The notes: a model not told the origin generated them from the sequence alone. A DNA stretch of 50,125 nt from Beijerinckiaceae bacterium (GCA_051648665.1 JBOFFO010000092.1:1-50125); one strand, 5' to 3'; shown: positions 35,369 to 46,046, counted from the stretch's first letter. Numbers and translations are program-made.

Positions 35369-37183
35369 TCATCGTCCGATGGCATAGGCTTGCATGAGGC
35401 GCGGCGTTGCTGCGGCGCGCAGCACGCCGTCACGTCCTTTTTCTGCTGCTGTCAACCGTCCGACAGACCATGCCGCTGCCTGTTCAATGCGGTGACCGCG
35501 TTTCTCCAGCGCCGCAATGGTTTCAGCGCCCGCTGTTTCTTCAATCATGAGATGGCCGGGGTTGGCCTCGCGCGGGTAGAAGGATGATGGCGCATGGGCG
35601 GTGTGAAATAGCGGCAGATCGATCGCTTCCTGCAGATTTAAACCGTGATGCACGCGCCGCAGAAACAGCGGCAGCTGCCACTGCTCCTGCTGATCGCCGC
35701 CGGGGGTGCCGAACGCAAGGCGGGGCTCGCCATCCTCAAAGGCAATCGAGGGCGTCAGCGTTGTGCGAGGGCGGCGTCCGGGCGCCAGCGATGTCGGCCG
35801 GCCTTCTTCGAGCCAGAACATTTGTGCGCGGCTATTGAGCGGAAACCCCAATTCCGGAATCACGGGCGATGATTGTAGCCAGCCACCGGAAGGGGTGGCG
35901 GCAATCATATTGCCTTCCTGATCGATGACATCGATATGCACGGTGTCGCCGCGTCGCGCTCCCGCTTGTTGCGCTGTCGCCATCATGGATTGCAACGTTG
36001 GCTCGCCGACTGCGGCGCTGCCCGCTACATCGGCATTGACCAGCCGCACGCTTTTCATCATGCGCGCAACCTGATTTTCAAAGCCGCTTATCATGCCGGG
36101 GCGAATATCATGAGAGGCGCGATCGGTGATCAGTGACCGTCGGTCTGCTGCATAGGCATTTGACAGCAATGTATCGAGCGGAATTGCTGAAAAATCCGGA
36201 TCGCCATAATAGGCTTCGCGATCAGCGAAGGCGAGTTTGACGGCTTCCGCGACCAGATGCGTAAACTCAGCAGCGCTGGGGCCGAGCTTGGCAATGTCGA
36301 AGCCTTCAAGAATTTTAAGCGCCTGCAGAAAGGCTGGTCCCTGTCCCCAGGGTCCTGTCTTAAATACCGTCCAATTGTGATAATCAGCGCTCGCAGGTTT
36401 GTCGTACGTTGCCTGCCATTGCGCCATGTCATGACCGGTCAGCAATCCGCGATGGCGGCGGCCTGATGAATCCATGACTTCCTGTGTGCGGCAAAATGCA
36501 TCGATTGCCTCTGCCACAAAACCCTGAGACCAGCTGCGTCGCGCTGCATCGATTTGCTGATCCCGTGCGCCGCTTGCCGATTCAGCCTCGCGCAAAATGC
36601 GCTCATAGGTTTCGGCAACCGCTATATTGCGAAACAGCGCATGGGCCTTTGGCGTTTCTCCGCCAGGCAAATACACGGCCGCAGATGTGGGCCACTCGTC
36701 TATAAACAGATCTTTGACACCTGCGATCTGATCGGCAACACGGGGGAGCATGGGGTGCCCGTTGCGCGCATATCCAATGGCTGGTGTAAGAACCTCGCGC
36801 AGCGACAACCGCCCATGGTCACGCAGCAGCATCATCCAGCCATCAAATGCACCCGGCACAACCGTTGCCAGCAAGCCAGAACCCGGCACAAGATCAAGCC
36901 CCAGCGCGCGATAGGCTGCGATGGTTGCAGCTTGCGGCGCTACGCCTTGCGCGCAAAGAACTTCAACTTTTTTTGCTTTGGCATTGTAGAAAACGGCCGG
37001 CATATCGCCGGCTGGACCCACCAGATGCGGTTCGACGATTTGCAACACGAAGGCAGCAGCGATGCATGCGTCAAATGCGTTGCCGCCTTTTTCGAGCATG
37101 GCCATACCAGAGGCGGACGCGAGCCAATGCGTTGATGTCACAACGCCAAAGGTTCCGCGAATTTCAGGGCGCGTGGTGAACAT
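35369..37183 (-). CDS. Gamma-glutamyltransferase-family Ntn hydrolase
   Basis: GGNAFDA, VPGAFDGW, KLAFADREAYYGDP, D|TVHIDVID autocleavage Thr, PGRRPRTTLTP, GTPGGDQQ. Confidence 0.88.
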   Translation of the reverse strand: MFTTRPEIRGTFGVVTSTHWLASASGMAMLEKGGNAFDACIAAAFVLQIVEPHLVGPAGDMPAVFYNAKAKKVEVLCAQGVAPQAATIAAYRALGLDLVPGSGLLATVVPGAFDGWMMLLRDHGRLSLREVLTPAIGYARNGHPMLPRVADQIAGVKDLFIDEWPTSAAVYLPGGETPKAHALFRNIAVAETYERILREAESASGARDQQIDAARRSWSQGFVAEAIDAFCRTQEVMDSSGRRHRGLLTGHDMAQWQATYDKPASADYHNWTVFKTGPWGQGPAFLQALKILEGFDIAKLGPSAAEFTHLVAEAVKLAFADREAYYGDPDFSAIPLDTLLSNAYAADRRSLITDRASHDIRPGMISGFENQVARMMKSVRLVNADVAGSAAVGEPTLQSMMATAQQAGARRGDTVHIDVIDQEGNMIAATPSGGWLQSSPVIPELGFPLNSRAQMFWLEEGRPTSLAPGRRPRTTLTPSIAFEDGEPRLAFGTPGGDQQEQWQLPLFLRRVHHGLNLQEAIDLPLFHTAHAPSSFYPREANPGHLMIEETAGAETIAALEKRGHRIEQAAAWSVGRLTAAEKGRDGVLRAAATPRLMQAYAIGR

Positions 37184-38053
37184 TTAATTTTCCTTAGGGT
37201 CGAGTGCATCACGCAGGCCGTCGCCCACGAGATTAAATCCGATGACGACGAGACATATAGCGATACCGGGGAAAATCGACATCCACGGCGCCTGTTCCAT
37301 AAAATTCTTCGCCGTATTCAGCATCGATCCCCAGGACGCGGCCGGCGGTTGTTGCCCCAAGCCCAGAAAGGATAGTGAGGCTTCGAGAATAATCGCTTGC
37401 GCCATGAATAGGGTAGCCTGCACCAGAATGGGCGGCATCGTGTTGGGAGCGAGGTGCCGGACCAAAATGGCGCGATCACTGATGCCGATGGCACGGGCGC
37501 CTTCAATATAATCTTCTGCCCGCACGGTTAGAGCCTGTCCCCGTGCGAGGCGCACGAAAATTGGCACGGCTGACAGGCCAATCGCAATCATCGCATTGGT
37601 CAATGACGGGCCGAGAACAGCCGCAAAGGCAATGGCCAGAATGAGAAAGGGCAACGCCAGCATCGCTTCGGTAATGCGGGAGATTACCATATCAAACCAG
37701 CCCCCATACCACCCCGCCAGCAGGCCGAGTGGCACGCCAATCAGCACAGCAATGACCACGCCAATCACGCCAGCCAGCAGCGAAGCCCGCGCACCATAGA
37801 GCATCCGGGTGAAAATATCGCGGCCAAGATCATCCGTGCCAAACCAGTAGAGCGCTGACGGCGCCTTGCGGATGAGCATGAAGTTGGTTTTATTCGGGTC
37901 GTAAGGCGCGATCAACGGTGCAAATATGGCGCAGGCCACAAAGAACAGAACAATCGCGCCACCAAGCAGAGCGCCACGGTTGCGGCGAAATTTCTCGACG
38001 ATACGGCTTTTTTGTCGACCAGCGCTGGACGCATGTATGGCGAGGCCGCTCAT
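37184..38053 (-). CDS. Peptide ABC transporter permease (DppC-like)
   Basis: FGTDDLGRD, YGARASL, EDYIEGARAIG, EASLSFLGLG, SWGSML, GDGLRDALDP. Confidence 0.92.
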   Translation of the reverse strand: MSGLAIHASSAGRQKSRIVEKFRRNRGALLGGAIVLFFVACAIFAPLIAPYDPNKTNFMLIRKAPSALYWFGTDDLGRDIFTRMLYGARASLLAGVIGVVIAVLIGVPLGLLAGWYGGWFDMVISRITEAMLALPFLILAIAFAAVLGPSLTNAMIAIGLSAVPIFVRLARGQALTVRAEDYIEGARAIGISDRAILVRHLAPNTMPPILVQATLFMAQAIILEASLSFLGLGQQPPAASWGSMLNTAKNFMEQAPWMSIFPGIAICLVVIGFNLVGDGLRDALDPKEN

Positions 38054-38997
38054 GCGCCAGCCCTCAGGCGTGGGTTGACAAGAATATAGAGCAGATCGGC
38101 CACGAGATTCATGATAATGAAGCCAATGGCCGTGCAGAGCACTACGCCTTGCACGACGCCGTAATCGCGGTTGAAGACGGCGTCGACGATCAGCTTGCCA
38201 AAACCGGGAATGGTAAAAACCTGTTCCGTCAATACAGCGCCCGCAAGCAATTCGCCGAACAGAATGGTTGCCAGGGTAATAACCGGAATGAGTGCATTGC
38301 GCAGGGCATGCTTGAGAATGACGCGATTTTCGTGCAACCCCTTGGCACGGGCGGTTCGCACATAGTCGGAGCGCAAAACTTCAAGCATGGCGGAACGGGT
38401 GTGGCGCATAATAAAGGCTGCCAGACCTGTGCCGAGCACAAAGGCCGGCATCGCCAATGTTTGTATGGCGCCTGCGGGATCCTGAAAAAAAGGCACATAT
38501 CCTGATGCAGGAAGCCATTTCAGCTGAACCGCGATCACCAGAATTAGCATAATGCCCAACCAGAAATTTGGTATGGACAAGCCCGACAGTGCAAAAGCGC
38601 TTGCAGCATAGTCAATGGCCGTGCCCTTGTAGACAGCGGCCGCAACGCCGGCGGGCAGGCCAATCACCAGAGCCACAATCATCGCCGCTGCGGCGAGCTG
38701 GATCGTAACCGGCAATTTTTGCAGAACGAGATTGAGAACCGGTTCGCCCGTGCGCAGCGAGCGGCCGAATTCACCCTGAACGACCTGCCATAGCCAGGCG
38801 AAATATTGCGTGATCACCGGATCATCCATGCGGTAGAGCGCGCGCAACCGGGCGATGGTTTCCGGGTCCCGTTCCTCGCCAGCAATGACAAGGAACGGAT
38901 CACCCGGCAATGCGTGCTGAAGGGCGAACACCATCAAAGACACGATGAGCAGCGTTGGTATCGCAATCAGCACACGGTTGGCGATCAGGCGCAGCAT
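38050..38997 (-). CDS. Peptide ABC transporter permease (DppB-like)
   Basis: LPGDP, GEFGRS, SIPNFW, DYVRTARAKG, HALRNA, RDYGVVQG, NPRLR. Confidence 0.92.
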   Translation of the reverse strand: MLRLIANRVLIAIPTLLIVSLMVFALQHALPGDPFLVIAGEERDPETIARLRALYRMDDPVITQYFAWLWQVVQGEFGRSLRTGEPVLNLVLQKLPVTIQLAAAAMIVALVIGLPAGVAAAVYKGTAIDYAASAFALSGLSIPNFWLGIMLILVIAVQLKWLPASGYVPFFQDPAGAIQTLAMPAFVLGTGLAAFIMRHTRSAMLEVLRSDYVRTARAKGLHENRVILKHALRNALIPVITLATILFGELLAGAVLTEQVFTIPGFGKLIVDAVFNRDYGVVQGVVLCTAIGFIIMNLVADLLYILVNPRLRAGA

Positions 38998-39007
38998 GAT
39001 ACGGCGG

Positions 39008-40522
39008 TCAGTTTTTCTTGATGCCGCTTAGGCGGATCATCCCGTCGGGATGCACCGAAAACCCGCTGATTTTCGTCGAAGCCGCATAGAACCAGGGCTG
39101 ATTGTAAAGATAGAGCACGGGCACTTCATCCTGGGCAATTTTTTGCGCTGCGTCATACAGCTTCTTGCGTTCGGTGGCGTCATAAACTCCGCGCGCATCG
39201 GTCAACAACTTGTCCATTTGATCATTCTTGTATTTGCCATCGTTCTGGCCGCCACCGCTTGTCCAGAAGGGGTGAACATTGCCATCAGGATCGATGCGGC
39301 CGGACCAACCCACTCGGCTCAACTGGAATTTGCCTTGCTGCTGATCCCGCAACTGGCTGGCAAATTCCATCGAGCGCAGCTGAATATCAAAGCCCGCTTC
39401 CTGCGCCATGGCCTGAATGACCTGCCCAAGCTGGGCGTCAACAGGATTGTTGGTGACCATCAATTCCAGCTTCAGAGGTGGCTTAACGCCAGCTTCCGCC
39501 AGCAGTGACTTGGCTTTGGCGATATCGCGCGCCGGCGGTTTCATGTCCTGAATGTAATAGGCGCTGGAGGGGGGGAAAGGTTGTACTGTCGGTGGATGCG
39601 TGCCTTCGAACACAACGTCATTGATCACGTTGCGATCAATGGACAGGCTGAGGGCCTGACGCACACGCTTGTCCTTGCCGAACGGTGTGTTCGCTAATTC
39701 ACCATTGTTATGATTGAGGGTCATGCCCTGATAGCCGAGGCCTGGGGTTGAAAAATATTGCAGCGCGCGGTCACCCTTGACGGATTTGACATCGGTCGCG
39801 GCGAGACGCTCAAGCATGTCGACTTCGCCGGATCGCAAATTGGCGAGCCGCACCGTTGTGTCGGGGATGGAGCGGTAGATCACGCGGTCGAAATGATAAT
39901 TCTGTGCTTCCCAATGATCCGTGAATTTATCGAGCACGATGCGATCATTTTGCACCCGCTCGACGAATTTGTATGGGCCTGTGCAAATCGGCTTGACGGC
40001 GACATCCCCCGATAGGCTGGCCGGTGAAAGCATCATGCCGGCACGATCCGCGAGTTGTGACAGCAGGGTTGCGTCCTTTTGTTTCAATTTGAGCGCAATA
40101 GTCTGGGCATCGACAACAACAACCTCTGCAACTGTCGCGAGTTCCGAGCGCCGGAGTGATTCCGGCAAAGTGCGGGCGCGATCAAGATTGGCTTTGGCGG
40201 CAGTCGCATCAAAGACTGTGCCATCGTGAAATTTGACACCGCTGCGCAGTTTGATTGTCGCGGTCAAGCCGTCATCAGAAAAGCTCCATTCCGTGGCGAG
40301 GCGCGGCACCAGCTTGAGATCCGGCGTCGCGTCGAACAGTTTGTCGCACAGCGCTTTGAACACGATGCGGCCAACGAATGTGCGCGCCTTGTGCGGGTCG
40401 AGCATATCGGGGTCCTCCTGCAAGGCGATGCGCAACGCATTTTGTTGCGCATACGCCTGTGGCGCTGCGAGGAGGGCGAGACAGGAAATGCCGGTGAGAG
40501 CGAGTGCCTTCAAATTATTCAT
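39008..40522 (-). CDS. Family 5 ABC transporter substrate-binding protein
   Basis: Sec signal, EDPDMLDP, LRSGVKFHDG, TGPYKF, DKRVRQALSLSIDR. Confidence 0.92.
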   Translation of the reverse strand: MNNLKALALTGISCLALLAAPQAYAQQNALRIALQEDPDMLDPHKARTFVGRIVFKALCDKLFDATPDLKLVPRLATEWSFSDDGLTATIKLRSGVKFHDGTVFDATAAKANLDRARTLPESLRRSELATVAEVVVVDAQTIALKLKQKDATLLSQLADRAGMMLSPASLSGDVAVKPICTGPYKFVERVQNDRIVLDKFTDHWEAQNYHFDRVIYRSIPDTTVRLANLRSGEVDMLERLAATDVKSVKGDRALQYFSTPGLGYQGMTLNHNNGELANTPFGKDKRVRQALSLSIDRNVINDVVFEGTHPPTVQPFPPSSAYYIQDMKPPARDIAKAKSLLAEAGVKPPLKLELMVTNNPVDAQLGQVIQAMAQEAGFDIQLRSMEFASQLRDQQQGKFQLSRVGWSGRIDPDGNVHPFWTSGGGQNDGKYKNDQMDKLLTDARGVYDATERKKLYDAAQKIAQDEVPVLYLYNQPWFYAASTKISGFSVHPDGMIRLSGIKKN

Positions 40523-41625
40523 GATGACGGGCCTCCATTGGCTGGGATTTGATTTTCATTTTTCTGCCGTTGCTTTTCAACGGCGCTGGCAAAGATCGCC
40601 ATGCGTTTTTGCCGCGCAGGGCTGCCTGAATTATCTGGCAGAATAGCGTCGGTGATCAAGGTTTCTGCATGATGGCAAGCGACAGTGTGATTGTCCGCAA
40701 ATGCACGCAAGATTGGCTCTTCGGTGCTGCAACGCGATGTTGCGTGTGGACAGCGGGGGTGAAAGCGGCAGCCACTGGGCGGCGCGACGGGCGAAGGCGG
40801 ATCGCCTTCCAACAGCTTGCGTTCGCGCCGCGCCGCAGGCGTTTGCGCCGGAATCGCCGCCATCAAGGCGCGCGTGTAGGGATGCGCCGGGTGATTATAC
40901 AGGCTTTCGGTCGGCGCCAGCTCGACGATCTTGCCAAGATACATGACGGCCACGCGGTCAGCCGTATGCCGCACGACACCGAGATCGTGCGAGACAAGCA
41001 GCAAGGTCAAGCCGAGCGCTTCCTTCAAATCCTCCAGCAGATTGATGATCTGGGCGCGGATCGAAACGTCGAGTGCAGAGACCGGTTCATCGCCGACCAC
41101 GAATTTGGGTTGGGATGCAAGTGCTCTGGCAATGCCAATGCGTTGGCGCTGGCCGCCAGAAAATTCGTGCGGATAACGCGCTGCGTGCTCGGGGAGCAGA
41201 CCCACGGTGCGCAACATATCCGCGACACGCGCTGGCACCTCAGCGGGCAGCGCTATAGCATGGGCCTGTATCGGTTCGGCAATCAGACTTCCAATGGACA
41301 TGCGCGGATTGAGCGACGAGAAGGGGTCCTGAAAAATAATCTGCATATCACGCCGCAGGGTACGCATTTGCGCGGGTGTCAGATTTGTAATGTCGCGATC
41401 TTCATAGGTCACGCGCCCTGCTGTTGGCTCGATCAGACGTAGCAGCACGCGGGCAAGGGTCGATTTTCCGCAGCCGGATTCACCGACGATGGCAAAGGTT
41501 TCGCCGCGGCTGATCTGAAATGATACGCCGTCCACAGCGCGCACGAGCGGATCGCGCTTCAGCAAGGTGCGTTTGCCGCCGAAATGCTTCACGACATTGT
41601 CAGCCAGCAGCACAGGCGCCGTCAT
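40519..41625 (-). CDS. Peptide ABC transporter ATP-binding protein (DppF-like)
   Basis: [38 protein letters not shown]. Confidence 0.93.
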   Translation of the reverse strand: MTAPVLLADNVVKHFGGKRTLLKRDPLVRAVDGVSFQISRGETFAIVGESGCGKSTLARVLLRLIEPTAGRVTYEDRDITNLTPAQMRTLRRDMQIIFQDPFSSLNPRMSIGSLIAEPIQAHAIALPAEVPARVADMLRTVGLLPEHAARYPHEFSGGQRQRIGIARALASQPKFVVGDEPVSALDVSIRAQIINLLEDLKEALGLTLLLVSHDLGVVRHTADRVAVMYLGKIVELAPTESLYNHPAHPYTRALMAAIPAQTPAARRERKLLEGDPPSPVAPPSGCRFHPRCPHATSRCSTEEPILRAFADNHTVACHHAETLITDAILPDNSGSPARQKRMAIFASAVEKQRQKNENQIPANGGPSS

Positions 41626-42620
41626 GCACTCAGCTCCATCGCATTTTCGATGGGCGCCTTGAAGCAGGCGACGGCATGATTATCCGACATCTTCGACAAG
41701 GGCGGCACTGAGGCGCGGCAATGGGCATCGGCAAATGGACAGCGCGTGGAAAACCGGCAGCCCTTGGGCCATTGCGATGGCGGTGGAACAGAGCCCGGCA
41801 CGGCGGCCAGCCGCCCCATGCGATGGCCCAGGGATGGCAAAGAGCCCATCAAACCGATGGTGTAGGGGTGTTGCGGGTTTTCAAAAATATCGAGCGCCGG
41901 ACCTTTTTCTACAATGCGGCCGGCATACATGACCGCGACATCATCAGCCATATCGGCGACAACGCCAAGATCGTGGGTGATGAGCAGCATACCCGCACCG
42001 GTCTGTTGTTGCAGATCGCGCATCAGGCGAAGAATTTGTGCCTGTATGGTGACATCAAGCGCCGTTGTCGGCTCATCGGCGATCAATAATTGCGGATTGT
42101 TGGCCAGCGCCATGGCGATCATGATCCGCTGACGCATGCCGCCGGAGAGCTGGTGCGGATAAACGTCCAGCCGCGTTTCTGGCGCTGGAATGCGCACTTT
42201 GCGCAACAATGCAATCGCTTCTGTCCTGGCTTCTGCCGCGCGCATGGGCCGATGCCTCAGGATGGCTTCTGTCAGTTGATTGCCGACTGTGAACGCCGGA
42301 TTGAGCGATGTCATCGGCTCCTGAAAAATCATCGCCATACGGTTGCCGCGCAAATCGGCCAGTGCAGGCGATGGCAATGTCAGCAAGTCCTGCCCTTCAA
42401 GGACAATGCGCCCGCCTGGTATTTTCGCAGGCGGGCGTGGCAGCAGACCCATGATGGCCAGCGAAATGATCGATTTTCCACAACCGGATTCACCGACGAC
42501 ACATAGTGTGCGCCCGGATTCGATGGAAAATGAAACTGAATCGACCAGCGCAAAGCCTGAAGGCAATCCATCGAAGCTGATGGACAGATTTTCGACAGAC
42601 AGGATCGGCGTGGTATTCAC
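41622..42620 (-). CDS. Peptide ABC transporter ATP-binding protein (DppD-like)
   Basis: [38 protein letters not shown]; GTG start. Confidence 0.93.
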   Translation of the reverse strand: MNTTPILSVENLSISFDGLPSGFALVDSVSFSIESGRTLCVVGESGCGKSIISLAIMGLLPRPPAKIPGGRIVLEGQDLLTLPSPALADLRGNRMAMIFQEPMTSLNPAFTVGNQLTEAILRHRPMRAAEARTEAIALLRKVRIPAPETRLDVYPHQLSGGMRQRIMIAMALANNPQLLIADEPTTALDVTIQAQILRLMRDLQQQTGAGMLLITHDLGVVADMADDVAVMYAGRIVEKGPALDIFENPQHPYTIGLMGSLPSLGHRMGRLAAVPGSVPPPSQWPKGCRFSTRCPFADAHCRASVPPLSKMSDNHAVACFKAPIENAMELSA

Positions 42621-42740
42621 AGGCGATGACGGTCATTCTGCCAGATGCTTGATCTCAGGCATCCAAGCCGATTTCAAACCGCAGCGCTACCCTAAAAATT
42701 CCAAATGGAACTTGTTCTGGATTGCGGCACGGGCGGCACC

Positions 42741-43190
42741 CTATAGGTCAAAGATCACGCCCTTGCGGAACAGGAAACAGCCATAACCGCGTGGATCGCC
42801 GACCTGCACTATGGCGAATGCCGCGCGCGCTGCATCATAAAAGGCAAAGCGCTCCAATCCGCGCATGTGAAGGCTTGTTCCCTCTGATCGATCCAGTACG
42901 TCCTGCACGTCCTGCTGCACGGGCGGCAAGGTGTCAGGGGCGCCCACCACTTCCATGCGGCGCACCGGGTCTGGCGTGAAATCATCGAGCGGTAACACCG
43001 AGAGGATGGCTTTGGCCACCTGCGGCATGGACAGGCCGGGGAGGTGGATCAGCTTGCCGTGGGCGGTGGCGCGCGCAATGCGTTCAGCGGGATGATTGGC
43101 GTCCACCAACGCCAGATCATCGCCATGCCCCATCGCCGCCAGCACCCAGAGCAGGTCCGGGGTCAGAAGCGGATCAATTCCCTTCAGCAT
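42741..43190 (-). CDS. RbsD/FucU family mutarotase/pyranase
   Basis: MLKGIDPLL, MGHGDDLALVDANHP, LERFAFY, GDPRGYG, KGVI. Confidence 0.9.
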   Translation of the reverse strand: MLKGIDPLLTPDLLWVLAAMGHGDDLALVDANHPAERIARATAHGKLIHLPGLSMPQVAKAILSVLPLDDFTPDPVRRMEVVGAPDTLPPVQQDVQDVLDRSEGTSLHMRGLERFAFYDAARAAFAIVQVGDPRGYGCFLFRKGVIFDL

Positions 43191-44029
43191 GCGAAGCGTC
43201 CCCGGCTGCGGCCATAAATGCGTTTGGCGTTGCCGCCGAGAATACCGGCGCGGTCTGGCGGGTTCAAATCGGCAAGCAGGGCGGCCGTTGTTTCAACCCA
43301 GCGGCCATAGTCGGCGGCGAGTGTCGCAACCGGCCAATCACTGCCCCAGATCAGCCGCTGCGGCCCAAAGAATGCCAGCACGTCGGCTGTGACCGGACGT
43401 AAATCGCCAACGGTCCAATCGGCAGCGGCTTCGGTAACAAGTCCGGATAATTTGCACAGCACATTCGGATGGTGCGCCAGCGCCCGCATATGGGTCCGCC
43501 ACGGTTCGTATAAAGGTTTGCGGATATGGGGTTTGGCGGCGTGATCGATGACGATGGTCAGTTCGGGATGACGTTCGGCCACTGTCAGCAAGAAAGGCAA
43601 ATGCTGCGGTAAAACCAGCGCATCGAACACCAGGTCATGGGCGCACAGGGATTCAAAGGCCGGGATCAGATCGGGTCGCGCCAGCCAGTCCTGTTGTGGA
43701 ATATCTTGAACCATGGGTCGCAAGCCCAGCAGCAACGGGTGTTGCGCCAGTTTGGCAATGGCGCTGGGTGCATCCGGCGCGGAAAAGTCAGTCCAGCCGA
43801 CCACGCCAGCGACAAAAGGCGTGTTTTCCGCGATGGACAGCAGATAAAGCGTTTCCGCCTCGGTGGGCGCGGCCTGTACGAGAATAGTCTTGTCGATGCT
43901 GTTGGCTGCAAGCAGCGGCGCGAGATGTTCCGGGCCAAAGTCGCGCCAGAGCGGCGTGAGATCTGGCGTCAGCCAGCCGTAATCCTTGCGGGCGATGGAC
44001 CAGAAATGCTGGTGGGCATCAATGCGCAT
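43184..44029 (-). CDS. Amidohydrolase_2 family sugar lactonase (L-fuconolactonase-like, COG3618)
   Basis: MRIDAHQHFW, ILVQA, GVVGW, IDHAAKP, CKLSGL, WGSDWPV. Confidence 0.85.
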   Translation of the reverse strand: MRIDAHQHFWSIARKDYGWLTPDLTPLWRDFGPEHLAPLLAANSIDKTILVQAAPTEAETLYLLSIAENTPFVAGVVGWTDFSAPDAPSAIAKLAQHPLLLGLRPMVQDIPQQDWLARPDLIPAFESLCAHDLVFDALVLPQHLPFLLTVAERHPELTIVIDHAAKPHIRKPLYEPWRTHMRALAHHPNVLCKLSGLVTEAAADWTVGDLRPVTADVLAFFGPQRLIWGSDWPVATLAADYGRWVETTAALLADLNPPDRAGILGGNAKRIYGRSRGRFAC

Positions 44030-45050
44030 GGGCAGCGTCCGGAGTCGGTGCATCGGGCGCGAGCAACCCCTCGGTTTTCAGGGCGTGCCACAGCGCAGCA
44101 GGAATGGTTGCGGTCATGGCTGCTATATTGTCAGTCACTTCCTGCGGCGTGACAGCGCCGAGCACGACACTTTTCACCACGGGGTGCGCGGCGGCGAAGT
44201 GCAGCGCTGCGATGCGCAAGGGCAAGCCGAAGGCTTCGCAACAGGCGGCAATGCGGTCTACACGGGCACGAATATCAGGTGGGGCGGGGCTATAATTGTA
44301 TCGGGCGTCCGGCGTGTTGCCCGTGGCGAGAATGCCGGAATTGAACACGCCGCCTAGGAGAACATCGATGTTCTTTCGCATGGCCAGCGGGAAAAATTCC
44401 GTCAACGCCGGCTGCTCCAGCAGCGAATAACGTCCGGCGAGCAGCACAATATCCATGTCCGTCTCGTGGGCGAAGCGCGTGCAAATCTCGGCCTCGTTGA
44501 CGCCAATGCCGATGGCTTTCACAACACCCTGCGCGCGCAAATCGTGCAAGGCCGGGTACGCGCCGGAGAGCGCTTCACGGATCCGCGCGTCGGCATTTTC
44601 GCCATGGGTCCAGACATCCACGTCATGGATGAGGGCGATGTCGATACGGTCAACGCCGAGCCGGAGCATGGACTGTTCCAGACTGCGCAGCGCGCCGTCC
44701 CGCGAATAATCGAACCGTGCGCCATGCGGTAGGCCCCCGCGATAGCCGGAGCCGCCGCCGCGCGGTGAAAGCGGGTCCATGACGCGGCCGACCTTCGTGC
44801 TGAGCACAGGCTGTGCATCCGGCACCCGCCGCAGGGTTGCGCCGATGCGATGCTCCGCGAGTCCATGTCCGTAAAGCGGTGCGGCGTCGAGCAACGTGAC
44901 GCCGCCCCGCAAGGCTGCTTCCACGGTCGCGACCGCGCGCGCCTCATCGAGACAATCGTAGAGATCGCCCAACGGCGCGCCGCCATAGCCCAGCGCAGAG
45001 ACGCTGAGGCCGCTGCGCGAGAGGCGGCGAACGGGGAGGCGAGGGTGCAT
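44019..45050 (-). CDS. Aldo/keto reductase, L-fucose/D-threo-aldose 1-dehydrogenase-like
   Basis: GYGGAPLGDLY, DAAPLYGHGLAE, STKVGR, FDYS, IHDVD, LAGRYSLLE, GVFNSGILA. Confidence 0.85.
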   Translation of the reverse strand: MHPRLPVRRLSRSGLSVSALGYGGAPLGDLYDCLDEARAVATVEAALRGGVTLLDAAPLYGHGLAEHRIGATLRRVPDAQPVLSTKVGRVMDPLSPRGGGSGYRGGLPHGARFDYSRDGALRSLEQSMLRLGVDRIDIALIHDVDVWTHGENADARIREALSGAYPALHDLRAQGVVKAIGIGVNEAEICTRFAHETDMDIVLLAGRYSLLEQPALTEFFPLAMRKNIDVLLGGVFNSGILATGNTPDARYNYSPAPPDIRARVDRIAACCEAFGLPLRIAALHFAAAHPVVKSVVLGAVTPQEVTDNIAAMTATIPAALWHALKTEGLLAPDAPTPDAAHAH

Positions 45051-45111
45051 GCGGGCCTACTGAACTGTGTAGCCTAGCAACGGTTGCGGCTTGCGCCGGG
45101 CTTGTCAACTG

Positions 45112-45125
45112 ACTAACATGTTAGT
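45112..45125. promoter_or_regulatory. Perfect 14-bp palindrome in a divergent promoter (putative GntR operator)
   Basis: ACTAACATGTTAGT between the AKR gene and the DHDPS-family gene. Confidence 0.6.
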
Positions 45126-45149
45126 GAAACATAGTATGGAGCCTGTGAC

Positions 45150-46046
45150 GTGGCGATCAAACCCAGCCGCTTTGGACTATCCTGTGCGATTACCACGCCG
45201 ATGCGGGCGGATGGGGCTGTCGATCTCGCCCGCCTTGCCCACCATGCCCGGCATGTGCTGGCCGAAGGCTGCGATTCCCTGACGCTGTTCGGCACGACGG
45301 GTGAGGGTGCTGGTCTGACCATGCGTGACAGGGCCAGCATGTTCGGCGCCGTGCTCGGTGCTGGCGTTGAGCCGTCGCGGCAGTTGCTGGCAGGCATTTC
45401 CGCACCGGCGCTGGATGATGCGGTGGATCAGGCGCGCATGGCGCTCGATGCGGGATGCCGGGGTCTGCTGGTCGCGCCGCCCTTCTATTTCAAGGGTGTC
45501 GATGATGACGGCATATTCGCCTGGTTCGCTGAATTTTTTGAGCGGCTGAAGGGCGATGCGCGCGGCGTAATCCTCTATCATATTCCTTCGCAGACAGCAG
45601 TTTCGCTCTCGGTCGCGCTGGTGGACCGCTTGAAGCGGGCGTTTCCCGGCACCGTAGCGGGGGTGAAAGACTCGTCCTGTGATTGGAATACAACCGAGCA
45701 GTTTCTCAAGGCGCACGGTGAGCTCGCCATTCTTGTCGGTGACGAACGTCATCTCGCGCGCGCGGTTCGTGAGGGCGGCGAAGGCAGCATCTGTGGCGTC
45801 GCCAACATTGTTCCGGGCTGGCTGCGGCCGCTTGTCTATGAGGGCAAGGACGATGCGCGGGTGAACGCGCTCGTGGAGGCGATTTGCCGGTATCCCGTCA
45901 TGGCAGCCGTAAAGGCGCTGGTTGGCCATATCCACGGCGATGCCGGATATGGTCCGATGCGCGCACCTTTGCGGGCGCTGACTGCGGCGGAGCGGCAAGG
46001 CGTTGTCACTGCCTATGATGCCCTGCGCGCCGCCAAGGCGGCCTGA
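45150..46046 (+). CDS. DHDPS/NAL family class I aldolase (2-keto-3-deoxy sugar-acid aldolase/dehydratase-like)
   Basis: TPM, LFGTTGEG, PPFYFK, LYHIP, GVKDSS (Schiff-base Lys), GSICGVAN; GTG start with GGAG RBS. Confidence 0.88.
   Translation: MAIKPSRFGLSCAITTPMRADGAVDLARLAHHARHVLAEGCDSLTLFGTTGEGAGLTMRDRASMFGAVLGAGVEPSRQLLAGISAPALDDAVDQARMALDAGCRGLLVAPPFYFKGVDDDGIFAWFAEFFERLKGDARGVILYHIPSQTAVSLSVALVDRLKRAFPGTVAGVKDSSCDWNTTEQFLKAHGELAILVGDERHLARAVREGGEGSICGVANIVPGWLRPLVYEGKDDARVNALVEAICRYPVMAAVKALVGHIHGDAGYGPMRAPLRALTAAERQGVVTAYDALRAAKAA

Noticed and set aside
31900-42700. Impression of slightly lower GC suggesting horizontal acquisition
   Set aside because: Could not be quantified by eye; no integrase, tRNA or flanking repeats support an island
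45150-46046. Call as lysine-biosynthetic dapA
   Set aside because: LYHIPSQT lacks the DapA Arg (YNVPxRT); sugar-catabolic context
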